From: Planctomycetota bacterium
GTDB lineage: Bacteria; Planctomycetota; UBA8108; SXIK01
Direction of reading: 5' to 3'
Length of the DNA: 64,000 nt
NCBI GenBank assembly: GCA_965223265.1
Contig: OZ244999.1
Coordinates: 2,688,001-2,752,000, forward strand
Part shown: piece by piece, positions 38,601-47,412 of the stretch
Position numbering within the stretch: position 1 is the first letter of the stretch
Layout of the letters: the number at the start of each line of letters is the position of its first letter
Position numbers and translations under genes: made by a program
Notes under the pieces: generated by a model
Databases searched by the model: none
What the model was told of the DNA's origin: nothing
What the model saw: only the letters and a program-made list of their open reading frames with translations

Positions 38601-40094
38601 GACGTCAATGTTCCTGGCCCGATCGTCGCCAATGTTCTGGACGTCGATTTGACTGGAGAGCGCGCGGACGTCGCCAGCTCTGATGTGGCCAACGGTCCAG
38701 GTGAGATCTACAACCGACTCCGTGGAGATCCTGAGTTTCGCTTGTGGTTCGCGGATCGGCTGCAAGAGCATCTCGTCGGTGACGGCGCTCTGGCTGCAGA
38801 ACAGGCCACTGCGCTTTACGAGGTGCGCGCCGGTGAAATCGAAACCGCACTTCTCGGCGAGTCGGCGCGTTGGGGCGACGTGCGTCGCACGCCGCCAGAC
38901 GTGCCGGACGGGCGCTGGCTCACTGAGCGGCGGTGGATTGTCGACACGTTTTTTCCCGCACGACCGTCGATCGTGCTGGAGCAGTTTCGGCGTCACGATC
39001 TCTTTCCAGCAGTGGCTGCGCCGCTCTTCAATCATCCCGGTGGTGTCGTCGACGCAGGTTTTGCTTGGCGGGCTTCGACTGCGTCAGGAGGAGACGGCAG
39101 GATTTTCTACACGCTCGACGGCGCCGACCCTCGACGTATTGGTGGCGGCGTCTCGGGGGCTGCCCTGGCGTTTGACGTCTCAGGCGAGCAGCCGCTCAGG
39201 CGGACAACAAGGATCAAGGCCCGTACGCTTCAGAGCGGCGTTTGGAGTGCCGCGAACTCCGCGACGTACTACGTTAGCACTCCGGCCCTTCGCATCTCGG
39301 AACTCATGTACCATCCTCTCGAGCGGATCGACGAAAGCGAGTTCGACAGCGACGAGTTCGAATTCATCGAGCTGCTGAACATCGGGCCGCAGCCGATCAA
39401 TCTGACGGGCGTGCGTTTCACCGCGGGAATTGACTTCGTGTTCCCTGAGGAGCCTCACCCGGACGCCGACTTGGCGCCCGGCGAGGTCGTGCTCGTCGTG
39501 CGCAATTTCGAGGCGTTTGCCAGTCGTTATGACACGACAGGGCTCTATGTCGCGGGCGAGTTCACCGGCAACCTGGCGAACAACGGCGAGCGGGTCGCGC
39601 TGCACGATGCGACGGATCGAATCGTCTTTGAGTTCACCTATGACGATGCATGGTTTCCGGCGACGGATGGCGGCGGTCGCTCGTTGGTGCCTGACGAGGT
39701 GAGCGGTGATTCGGTCATGCTACGTGAGCGGTCCGGATGGCGTGCGGGTGCGGAGACCGGCGGTTCACCCGGAGTTGTCGAAGGTGAGAGCATCCTCGAC
39801 GGCTTCCAGCTGCCTGGCGATGTGAATCAAAGCGGCACGCTCGACCACTCTGATGCGATTTCACTTTTGAGGTACCTGTTCGCAGAGAACGGCGGTGCGC
39901 TCCCGTGCTTAGGCGGGTCGATGGCATCCCGCGCCAATGTGGCGCTCGCTGACGTCGACGGTAGCGCTCGCGTGAACGTCACGGACGCTATCTATGTACT
40001 GCGCCATCTTTTTGTCGGTGGACCGCCTCCGGCCTTGGGTACAGAGTGCGTGCCGCTCGCCGGGTGTCCCTCAATTTGCGCGGGCGCTCAGTAG
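35610..40094 (+). CDS. Secreted lamin-tail / LamG / Fn3-associated / CotH kinase protein with C-terminal dockerin-like domain
   Basis: 'LVISEFLASN...DWVELFN', LamG 'FSIEAWV...WYHIVAV...G.LDEVALY..AL', 'IRYTTNGS.P', CotH 'VHLYLNG.YWGLYN..ER...DWP.HNW...WDAE', second LTD, 'PGDVNQSG.LD.SD'. Start uncertain. Confidence 0.85.
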   Translation: MKLEHTCAAHELRGRWRQSSALFPLSFCAPLISVLRTYTLVALVWLFTPALMAQELVISEFLASNQGGLRDEDGDSADWVELFNPGANAVDLAGWALTDDRAALRKWVFPARQIGPRQHLLVFASGKDRAPDTGELHTNFQLQSGGEYLGLVSPTATVVHEYAPEFRPQRENISYGLAARDLSLLPSDAAVTWHVPSDGTLDAVWMLPEFDDSAWFEGALPVGFESETPNAANFYAAVIADEPELAAYWRCGDSDTVVRDELRRRQGEYVGDFSLGAPGAIIGDDDTAVDFVVGSVVFPPEPPLRLTEASFSIEAWVQPDLSGPFQWIASRDDSLSLVDYMVGFSPSGRVRFVTQGGRNTLNTEALTLDGEQWYHIVAVQDAAARTKTIYVNGEVAGQRELGVGLPPTSLENGLRLGARSDRGGRQHLDGRLDEVALYRRALTETEVRRHFDLASTPRGFEPLIATNLRAAMRNQNSSVYLRIPFDLNTQHSLDTLELQVRYDDGFIAYLNGVEVAKRNADLAVWNAAANTDRPKRASLRAEVIDLLGARELLRPGGNVVAIHGFNDAVDGSDFIVSARLDARTVPVPGYFPEVTPGRTNSANFVDFVGDTRFSRDRGFYDETFEVVISTSTPEAVIRYTTNGSPPMADTGQVYDGPILIDRTTILRAAAFKGGYIPTNVDTHTYIFLDDVLVQDGSAAPATWGPTPADYAMDATVVNDPRYSGQFRDALTALPTLSIVMPQADLFGADGIYSNPTRTGIVWERAASVEYFGDGAAGSFQVDAGARMHGGSSRRPDITPQHSLRLHFRGEYGTPRLNFPLFPDSDVESFDTLVVSASSSDNWTSANTATGAVAQFIRDQWARDVQRQMGHEWVPGRFVHLYLNGLYWGLYNLVERVDDGFASTHFGGEKLEYDVIVDGETRSGNSIAWRELLSSARAADFDAVSRLLDVDNFIDYMLINMFTGNWDWPDHNWAAIRRRVPDGRFRFPVWDAEVGLGLDVNVPGPIVANVLDVDLTGERADVASSDVANGPGEIYNRLRGDPEFRLWFADRLQEHLVGDGALAAEQATALYEVRAGEIETALLGESARWGDVRRTPPDVPDGRWLTERRWIVDTFFPARPSIVLEQFRRHDLFPAVAAPLFNHPGGVVDAGFAWRASTASGGDGRIFYTLDGADPRRIGGGVSGAALAFDVSGEQPLRRTTRIKARTLQSGVWSAANSATYYVSTPALRISELMYHPLERIDESEFDSDEFEFIELLNIGPQPINLTGVRFTAGIDFVFPEEPHPDADLAPGEVVLVVRNFEAFASRYDTTGLYVAGEFTGNLANNGERVALHDATDRIVFEFTYDDAWFPATDGGGRSLVPDEVSGDSVMLRERSGWRAGAETGGSPGVVEGESILDGFQLPGDVNQSGTLDHSDAISLLRYLFAENGGALPCLGGSMASRANVALADVDGSARVNVTDAIYVLRHLFVGGPPPALGTECVPLAGCPSICAGAQ

Positions 40095-40412
40095 GACGCA
40101 GTTTTCGGTGAAGTGTCGGGACTTCGTAACCGGCTTTCGGTCCTGGACTCGCCTGTCGAGCGTCTGACGGCTTGCGGTCACGGACGCCTCTCGTAGTCGG
40201 AGTGAAATCACCGCTCAGGCTTCGGGCTCCACCGCCGCACGAAGAACGCCGCATGTCCATAGCAGCCCTGTGCGCCATGGGGACACCTCGCCACCGAGTT
40301 CTCGGGGCAGGCGCGGTTCCGAACAGCGTTTCATCGATTGTGGAGCGTTTATCGTCGAGTCAACGACGAGTCGTCGAACGCTCGGAACTCGACCAATTGG
40401 AAGGGGGTCAGC

Positions 40413-43169
40413 ATGTCACTCCGTCAGACTGTCAAGCACAACAAGTCTGTGGTCGCTCGCGCTGTGGCGCTCGGATCGGACTCGGGATTCTGTCCATCGC
40501 TCCGCCGACGCCGCACGAGCTTGTTCTTCCTTGGGCTCGTGTGCACGTTGACGTTGAACGCGTCAGCGCAGGAATCTTTTGTTCGTGGCGATATCAACGG
40601 TGACGGTGGCGTCGATGGCGCTTCAGATTTCGTCCAACTGCTCGGCATCTGGTCAAGTGCCTTCCCGGAGGCTTCCATGAGCAACTGTATCGGCGCGCGC
40701 GAGATAGAGGTGGGAGATGTGAACGACAACGAGTCCTTTGGACTCGGCGACCTCATGAGCTTCGGCTATGCGTTCTTTGAAGGTGGCCCGACGTATCCGC
40801 CGCTGTTTGGTTGTGGTGCCGACCCCACGGACACAACGCGCGGTTTCGACGAAGCGGATACCGACTACGTTCTTGCGATGCCGTGCATCACTTCGACGGA
40901 CGACAAAGTCGAGATCCCGGTGTTCCTCAAGTCGCCGCAAGACGTTCAAGGTATCAGCTTCGCTCTTCGCATCGGTGAGAACATGGTGCCTCAGGAAGAT
41001 CGACTCGCTCAGTTCGACTCCACGGTGAATCTGGATCCTGCGACGTCGGTCAATTGGCAAATCCTGGAAGACGATGTTTTGTCGATTCACATCGGGAAAT
41101 TCACCGACTTCGCGGGCGAGCCGGTACTCGCGGGGACGAACGGTGAGTTCGTCAAGATTGGGACGTTGCGCTTCGCGCTCGTTGATCCGCCAACCGAAGC
41201 TTCCTTTGAGTGGCTTCCAGACTTCACGCTCAATACTTTCCCGATGCGTGCGACGGTTGCCACGGTGAGTGAGGTTGGGGCTCCGGTCGTGGACCATCAC
41301 CCGCTATTCACGACGAATCCTGATGTCTGCACGGATTGCTGCGTGTCGCAGGATTTTATCCGCGGCGATGTCAGCGGGGATGGAAGCGTCGATATCCAGG
41401 ACTTGGTCGCTTTCCTCAACGCTCTGTCGTCTCCAGCGAGTCCGTTGGCGAACACGTGCGGCCCGAGTCTTGAGGGAGCCGACGTCAACGACAACGAGTT
41501 TCTCAGCTTCAACGATGTGCTGCTGATCGGCGGCATTCAGTTTGGTGGCCTTCCGGTGCCGCTGTCAGAGCCCCATGTGTGTGGCCCTGATCCGACGGAC
41601 ACGACACGCGGCTTCGACCAGGTCGACCCTCGCTTCGAGGTCTCCATACCATGTATCTCACGCAGCGGCACCGAGCTCTCGATCCCTATCGACGTTCAGA
41701 GTCCGACTTCGATTCAAACGGTCAGCTTTGCACTTCGAGTCTCGCCCAATATCGTGCCGTCGCCGGGTCAGGAGCTTCTCACCCTCAATCCCTCGATCGA
41801 TGAGTCGACCCTCGCCTCGGCGAGGTTTCACGACGACCTTATAGTTGTCGACGTTGCCGGCGAGTACACTGTCGCGACGACGAACGGAATCCTTCCGCCA
41901 ACGGGCGCGACGCCGACGCATCTCGGCACTTTGCGCCTCGCCCTCGTCGACCCCGAAGGCGACGCGTCGATCGAGTGGGTGCCCGACTTCGAGATTCATG
42001 GGATTCCTCTACGCGCCACGGTTGTCAGCGGCCTGGACTCCCCAGAGCCGTTTGAGGATCATCATCCCAGTTTTTCGAGAACTGACGCCGAGTGTGCCGG
42101 CCTGTCGCTGTTCCGCCGTGGCGATCATGACGGTTCGGGTGCGGTGGATCTAGCAGACGGTAACGAGATCCTTGCTTTCCTCGCGTCCGGCAGCGCCGCC
42201 CCCGAGAACTGCGTGGGCGAGGTCGATCTCGATGTTCCCGACGTCAACGACAACGAGCACGTTACCATCGGCGATTTCCTCAAGCTGCGGAGTTCTCTCT
42301 CCGGGTCCTCGCTTGAGCTCTCGAACCTCTGCGGTCGGGATCCGACCAACGACCCTCGCGGATTCGATGCAGCGGATTCTGACTACGTGCTGACGGCTTC
42401 GCGTGTCCAGGTGATCCTGCCGCCGCCGCCTGCGAATCAAAACGAAAACCGCGACGTTTGGATCCCGTTGAGCTTGATCGCGCCCGGGCCGGTCACCGGG
42501 CTGCAGCTCATGATCGAGTACGATCCTCGAGCGTTGACGCCTCTGGGAGACGCCGAAGGCGGTGTTCTCTTGACGAGCTTCGGCGACAGCTTTTCGCGCG
42601 TCGTGCCGGTGGGGCCTAGCCTGTCGATTCTTATCGTCAGCCTCTATGCTGCTGAGGATGGGAGCTTCGTCGTGTCGGATGACACGGGCGGCGCCTTCTT
42701 TCCCGTCGGGACGCTCCGCTTCCACTTAACGGATAATGCAGTTTTTCGACCTCTTCTTTGGCGCGACGAGCTCTCCCTGCCAGGCGAGGATCTACGCTAC
42801 CACGCCTCCGTCGTCGACGCAGAGTTCGACGACCACCGTCCACTTCTGCGCACCGGCGAGTTCGAGTTCGTCCGCGGCAACGCTAACTCGGACGCCCAAG
42901 TCGATATCTCCGACGGCATCTTCACGCTCAACTTCCTCTTCGACGAGTCGCTCAACGAGGACTTTCCGAACTGTTTTGCCGCGATGGACGTGAACAACGA
43001 CGAGGTATTGGATATTTCCGATCCGATCTTTCAGCTCAACTTTCTCTTCGCCAACGGCCCTGTCATACCGCAGCCGTTTCCTCAGTGCGGCCTCGACCGC
43101 GGCGGAATCCCCATCTTCTCGTGCAATCCGCCGGTGGAAGAAGACGCCTGTTTTGACCCGAGTTCGTGA
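40413..43169 (+). CDS. Secreted multi-module protein: (dockerin-like + cohesin-like) x3 + terminal dockerin-like domain
   Basis: F.RGD/N motifs at ~40578, 41355, 42111 and 42867. The first three are followed by a beta domain 'V.IP..L.SP..VQG.SFAL...GTLRF...DHHP'; the third reads 'IPLSL.....VTGLQLMIEYDPRAL' (cohesin-like). Confidence 0.7.
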   Translation: MSLRQTVKHNKSVVARAVALGSDSGFCPSLRRRRTSLFFLGLVCTLTLNASAQESFVRGDINGDGGVDGASDFVQLLGIWSSAFPEASMSNCIGAREIEVGDVNDNESFGLGDLMSFGYAFFEGGPTYPPLFGCGADPTDTTRGFDEADTDYVLAMPCITSTDDKVEIPVFLKSPQDVQGISFALRIGENMVPQEDRLAQFDSTVNLDPATSVNWQILEDDVLSIHIGKFTDFAGEPVLAGTNGEFVKIGTLRFALVDPPTEASFEWLPDFTLNTFPMRATVATVSEVGAPVVDHHPLFTTNPDVCTDCCVSQDFIRGDVSGDGSVDIQDLVAFLNALSSPASPLANTCGPSLEGADVNDNEFLSFNDVLLIGGIQFGGLPVPLSEPHVCGPDPTDTTRGFDQVDPRFEVSIPCISRSGTELSIPIDVQSPTSIQTVSFALRVSPNIVPSPGQELLTLNPSIDESTLASARFHDDLIVVDVAGEYTVATTNGILPPTGATPTHLGTLRLALVDPEGDASIEWVPDFEIHGIPLRATVVSGLDSPEPFEDHHPSFSRTDAECAGLSLFRRGDHDGSGAVDLADGNEILAFLASGSAAPENCVGEVDLDVPDVNDNEHVTIGDFLKLRSSLSGSSLELSNLCGRDPTNDPRGFDAADSDYVLTASRVQVILPPPPANQNENRDVWIPLSLIAPGPVTGLQLMIEYDPRALTPLGDAEGGVLLTSFGDSFSRVVPVGPSLSILIVSLYAAEDGSFVVSDDTGGAFFPVGTLRFHLTDNAVFRPLLWRDELSLPGEDLRYHASVVDAEFDDHRPLLRTGEFEFVRGNANSDAQVDISDGIFTLNFLFDESLNEDFPNCFAAMDVNNDEVLDISDPIFQLNFLFANGPVIPQPFPQCGLDRGGIPIFSCNPPVEEDACFDPSS

Positions 43170-43377
43170 CTTCGGATCATCGAGCTTCGTTGCGACGCCG
43201 CGTACTCGACTCATTGCGGCTCATTGCGGCCTACAGAAGAGAGCTCGACTGGAGACCTGAGTTCTTCGCGGCCGGATCGATCAGCGCCGTGTATCTTCGA
43301 GACACTCGAAGATTGCGTGGTCGAGCTGGCCGGGAAGAATTTACGTCTTTGCGAATGACTCGCTCTGCAAGCTGACG

Positions 43378-44955
43378 CTAAGGTCGAGTCGGGCCAAGTT
43401 TGATGACGGAAGCGTTCGCGTGGGTCGCGACGTTCAAGGCCACGTTTGTGCCGTAGTAGAAGAGAATCGAGGTGCCCATCACCGAACCCGTCAGCGAGGA
43501 TCCAACATCCATGTTGAGAGTCGCCTTGCTGAAACCGTCCACATCGATGTTTGCACTCCCGATCGGGTGAGAGTCACCGAAGTTGAGTTGACTAAGGCCA
43601 ACCACGCTCGCCGTCAAATCGTCAACCTTCAGGGCGTCGCCTCGTAGCTGGCTCACGCCGGCAACGTCGACGCTGAGCTGCGCCTGGTCGAAGCCGTTGA
43701 GAGTGACATCGACAAAACCCTGCAGTTGGAGGGCATCGAGGGCGGGAAGCGTGACAATCGCCTTGAGCGTTTGGATGTCGTGGTCGCCGACGAGCAAACC
43801 CATGTTGAGCCTGGATCCACTCTGCGTGATGTCCAGTTCGTCCACAACTTCCTCGTCGATCGTGATCTCAACTAAGAATTCCGGTGCTTGAGCGACTGTG
43901 ACTTTGAACACACTGAAGACAGACATCTCGGTGAAGTTCTCGAAGTCAAACGTCACTGTCTCAGTCGGCTCGACGAAGCGGCCAAAGAGGATCTCGCTGG
44001 CTAGGATGCTTCGACCGTCGGCGGCGACTCTCCCATCGATCGTGATTTGCACATTAGCTTTGAGGTCACTTACGGCGCCGTTGCCAAAATCAGTGTCGGC
44101 GTCGGTCGTCACCGGAAGGCCGTTGAGGTCGAAGTCGTTCGTCGAGCCAAAGCGCGTGACCCACCCTTGAACCTGAGCCCGCTCGTCCGGAACTCCACCC
44201 GCTGAGTCGTAGAGGCTTTCCAGTTCGTCCGCCAGCAGGATTCCGTTTGCCAAGGTGCCCCTCACGACAACGAGAAGGTCGGCGACCGGTGCGCCGGTCG
44301 GCAGGTCGACGATCGTTGCTGCGCTGTAATCGATACTCAATCCGTTCACGGTGAACAGCATGTTGGAGAGGTCCAATCCGGCGACGCGTCCGATGATCTG
44401 CACACCGACGGTTGCGGTATCGAATTCCACCAACGTTGCGACGATTTCTCCATCGGCGTTCAGAAAACCGCTAACCTGAACGATGGACCCCATGACCAGG
44501 GGCGCAAAGTTGTTCGGATCGAGCCTTGAATCGAACAGGGTCTCCGCATCTGTCAAAACTGTTTGCCCCATGACGACGAGCCGGCCGAGCCCTGCGTCGA
44601 TGCTTTCCACCGGACCGATGACCGTGGCTTGGTACTCGATGAGATCAGTGGTGCCGTTGGCAGCGTTGACTTCGATCGTCCCTTCCAGCGAGACAACCTG
44701 ACCCGGTTTCAGATCGAGGAAGCTTCCAGGCTGCCCGTTGATCGTCACTGTCGTTGCGGGTGTCTCGTAGCGCACTCCGTTGACCGTGACCTCACCCAAC
44801 ACAGCTGTGATCACGCCGGTGGCAGAAATCGGCTCGGTGATGGGCGGCATGGCGGGTGCCGGGGAACTTCCGCTGCTACCTCCACTGCTGCAGGCCCAGA
44901 GTAACGTCAAGCAAAGCAAGCTCAAGTTGGATGCCGGACGGGTGCGAGGGTTCAT
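43378..44955 (-). CDS. DUF5666-repeat lipoprotein with C-terminal GIN/DUF2807-like beta-helix
   Basis: 'LLWAC' lipobox; repeats 'GPVESID....L.VMGQTV.....T.F...L..G..VQVSG.....G.I.AT.VE'; C-terminal 'G.S' repeats; RBS GGAGG. Confidence 0.75.
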   Translation of the reverse strand: MNPRTRPASNLSLLCLTLLWACSSGGSSGSSPAPAMPPITEPISATGVITAVLGEVTVNGVRYETPATTVTINGQPGSFLDLKPGQVVSLEGTIEVNAANGTTDLIEYQATVIGPVESIDAGLGRLVVMGQTVLTDAETLFDSRLDPNNFAPLVMGSIVQVSGFLNADGEIVATLVEFDTATVGVQIIGRVAGLDLSNMLFTVNGLSIDYSAATIVDLPTGAPVADLLVVVRGTLANGILLADELESLYDSAGGVPDERAQVQGWVTRFGSTNDFDLNGLPVTTDADTDFGNGAVSDLKANVQITIDGRVAADGRSILASEILFGRFVEPTETVTFDFENFTEMSVFSVFKVTVAQAPEFLVEITIDEEVVDELDITQSGSRLNMGLLVGDHDIQTLKAIVTLPALDALQLQGFVDVTLNGFDQAQLSVDVAGVSQLRGDALKVDDLTASVVGLSQLNFGDSHPIGSANIDVDGFSKATLNMDVGSSLTGSVMGTSILFYYGTNVALNVATHANASVIKLGPTRP

Positions 44956-45350
44956 GGGTGCGACCTCCGTTGAGCGGAAGACGAAACGCGCGAGGATGGT
45001 AGCTGTAGCAAGACTTACAGCAAACCGCGTTCCTTTGGACGCGCACTTGATCGGGCGCTAACCCCATGGCGTCACAGCCATTCGAGGTCAGGGATGCGGC
45101 GCTCTACGAACTCGAGACCATCGGCGGAAAGTCCGAAGAAAGAGTCAGCTTCTCGCGTGCACGGGCGTTCTGTTGTGCTTGAGACGGCCTCGCACAGAGA
45201 GAAAGTCAGCGTTCCTGTGGAAAATCCCATGACGCGAGTGAACAAGCGGATGTTCTTCTGGAAGAGTTTCGTGTGCTGTTTTAGGTTTCTGGATTCGTTC
45301 AATGACGTCGATTCCCGACCTTGTAGGCTGACGACAACTGAGAAAGCGCG

Positions 45351-46322
45351 ATGATTGAACTGATCGTCCTTACCCTGACCTTCATCTTCTTTTCGGGACT
45401 CGTTGCGATGGTCGACGCAGCAGTTCTCAGCGTGTCGAGAGCCGAGACCGAAGAGATGGTCATCAAGAAACTGTGGGGAGCTGTCCACGCTCGGACGCTG
45501 ACGAAGCGTCTGACTCGCGCTCTCGTCGTGATCGTCATTGTGACGAACACCATCAATATTCTCGGTCCGATCCTCGTCGGGCAGAGCGCCGTCTCCACGT
45601 ACGGGAAAGCCGCGATCGGCTGGGTGACCGTCGTTCTCGCTTTCGGGACAATTGTCTTTTCCGAAATCGTTCCCAAGTCGATCGGCTCGCACTACGCGCC
45701 CCAGATCGCCCGCTTCGCCGCGCCGCCTCTTCTCGCGCTCATGTACATCCTCTATCCGCTGGTGCTCGTCTTGGATCGTTTCTCTCAGCTCTTCAGAAGG
45801 GGAAGGCGACGAGTCGGAACGGAAGAGCAAATTAGAGCCCTCACCACGCTCGGGCGACGTGCTGGCTACATCGAGCCGGATGAGGGCTTGCTGGTGCACA
45901 AAGCGTTCATCCTCAACGATCGCACTGCCGCCGACATCATGACCCCACGCGGCAACGTCGTCGGGTTCACGAGCGCATCGACCCTGAGGGATGCCGCGAA
46001 GGAGGTTCTTGAGTCCGGCTTTTCGCGTTATCCCCTTTGCGGAGAGTCCATCGACGACTTCAAGGGCGTCGTGCTCGCACGCGATATCCTTCAAGAGCTC
46101 GTTCGTGGAGGAGAGGAGAAGCCGCTGAGCTCCATCGCGCGCAGAGGGTTCACCGTCGCAGCTGATCGTCGCTGTGATGATCTTCTGCTGCTCTTTCGAC
46201 TGAAGCGACTCCACCTCGCAGTCGTCGAGGACGGGGGACGAGCGGTTGGAATCGTCACGCTCGAGGACGTACTCGAGGAGCTCGTGGGAGAAATTAGCGA
46301 CGAGAAGGACATCGCCTTCTGA
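45351..46322 (+). CDS. Hemolysin/CNNM (DUF21) + CBS domain protein
   Basis: 'FFSG...AAVLS', 'FSEIVPKSIG', 'DIMTPR', 'SRYP' and 'GIVTLEDVLEELVGEI.DE.D'. Confidence 0.9.
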   Translation: MIELIVLTLTFIFFSGLVAMVDAAVLSVSRAETEEMVIKKLWGAVHARTLTKRLTRALVVIVIVTNTINILGPILVGQSAVSTYGKAAIGWVTVVLAFGTIVFSEIVPKSIGSHYAPQIARFAAPPLLALMYILYPLVLVLDRFSQLFRRGRRRVGTEEQIRALTTLGRRAGYIEPDEGLLVHKAFILNDRTAADIMTPRGNVVGFTSASTLRDAAKEVLESGFSRYPLCGESIDDFKGVVLARDILQELVRGGEEKPLSSIARRGFTVAADRRCDDLLLLFRLKRLHLAVVEDGGRAVGIVTLEDVLEELVGEISDEKDIAF

Positions 46323-46623
46323 ATCTCAGTGCGAGATCAGCTTCCGGTTCGCGGTCTCGTCGTCCCGCGAGCTCGACGGGAGGAGCGCGCCGAAAATCCC
46401 CGCCGGTGTGACATTTTCCAGCGTCGTCCGTAGACCGGCGGCCGCGCGGCCGATGGGTCGCGCCACACGGCGAAGGAGTCCAAGCTGCCCAAAGCTTCGC
46501 GGACACTTTGTCTAGCCCGTGGGGAACGCTACGGTACGCCGTTTGCTGCGCATGTACCCCCATGACGTGCACTCACTATGGCGGCGTGACGACGTTAATA
46601 CGGGCGAGACTAGAGTAGGAAGC

Positions 46624-47301
46624 ATGACCTTTCGAGACGAAAAGCACGAGCTCAAGGTAGAGATTCGGACGGACAGCTACCATCTGAGCGAGAGAGAAAA
46701 GCAGGACATCGAAGCCGACTTGGGCAGCTTGCGAAAGGTGGCCAGGGATTTTCCAGTTTCGCAACTGCATCTCGACATTCGCAGGCATCCGCAGCGACGA
46801 GACTTTCACGTCAGGGCGAACCTACACGTCTCGAAGCACAATTTGTTCACGGGTGAGCGCGGTGCGATCGTCACCCAAGCGGTGGAGAGCTGCGTCCGCA
46901 AGCTCGTCAAGAAGATCAAGTGCTTTAAGGAGAAGCATCGAGGCAGACCTGGCGAGACCTGGGAACCTACGGAGCCGACGATGGAGCTACCTCAGGACTC
47001 GGAGACAGATCCAAGGGTGCTGGCACGTGCAGTGCGGGAAGCCGACTTTCCACAGTTTCGCGACGCGATCGGCGGTTGCGACGATTCCCTCAGTCGGCAG
47101 GTCGAAAGTCAGATCGCGGAGAACCCAGAGCTGGAAGCTCTGCGTGGCGAGGACCTCGTGACGTCAGAGATTTTGGAGGAGATCTACTTGCGTGCCTTTG
47201 AACGCTTTCGCGACAGAGACTCTGCCGCAGTCAGCACCTGGATCGAAGATTTGATCGATCCATGCATCCAAAGCGTCGCGAAGCGTCGCAAAGGGTCATG
47301 A
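46624..47301 (+). CDS. HPF/RaiA-family ribosome-associated protein with C-terminal extension
   Basis: N-terminal 'L.KV...FPVSQLHLDI...FHV.ANL......LF..E......AVE.CV.KL.KKI..FKEK' HPF-like pattern; ATG 46624 after AGGA. Confidence 0.65.
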   Translation: MTFRDEKHELKVEIRTDSYHLSEREKQDIEADLGSLRKVARDFPVSQLHLDIRRHPQRRDFHVRANLHVSKHNLFTGERGAIVTQAVESCVRKLVKKIKCFKEKHRGRPGETWEPTEPTMELPQDSETDPRVLARAVREADFPQFRDAIGGCDDSLSRQVESQIAENPELEALRGEDLVTSEILEEIYLRAFERFRDRDSAAVSTWIEDLIDPCIQSVAKRRKGS

Positions 47302-47412
47302 CATCTTGCAGTTAGGTTGACTCGTCGACGACCGAAGTGGCGTCCGACTCACAACGTGGCGCGCGACGGTTTCGAGTCTTGAACGGCCTGACTTCCTCAT
47401 CGCAACTCAAGA

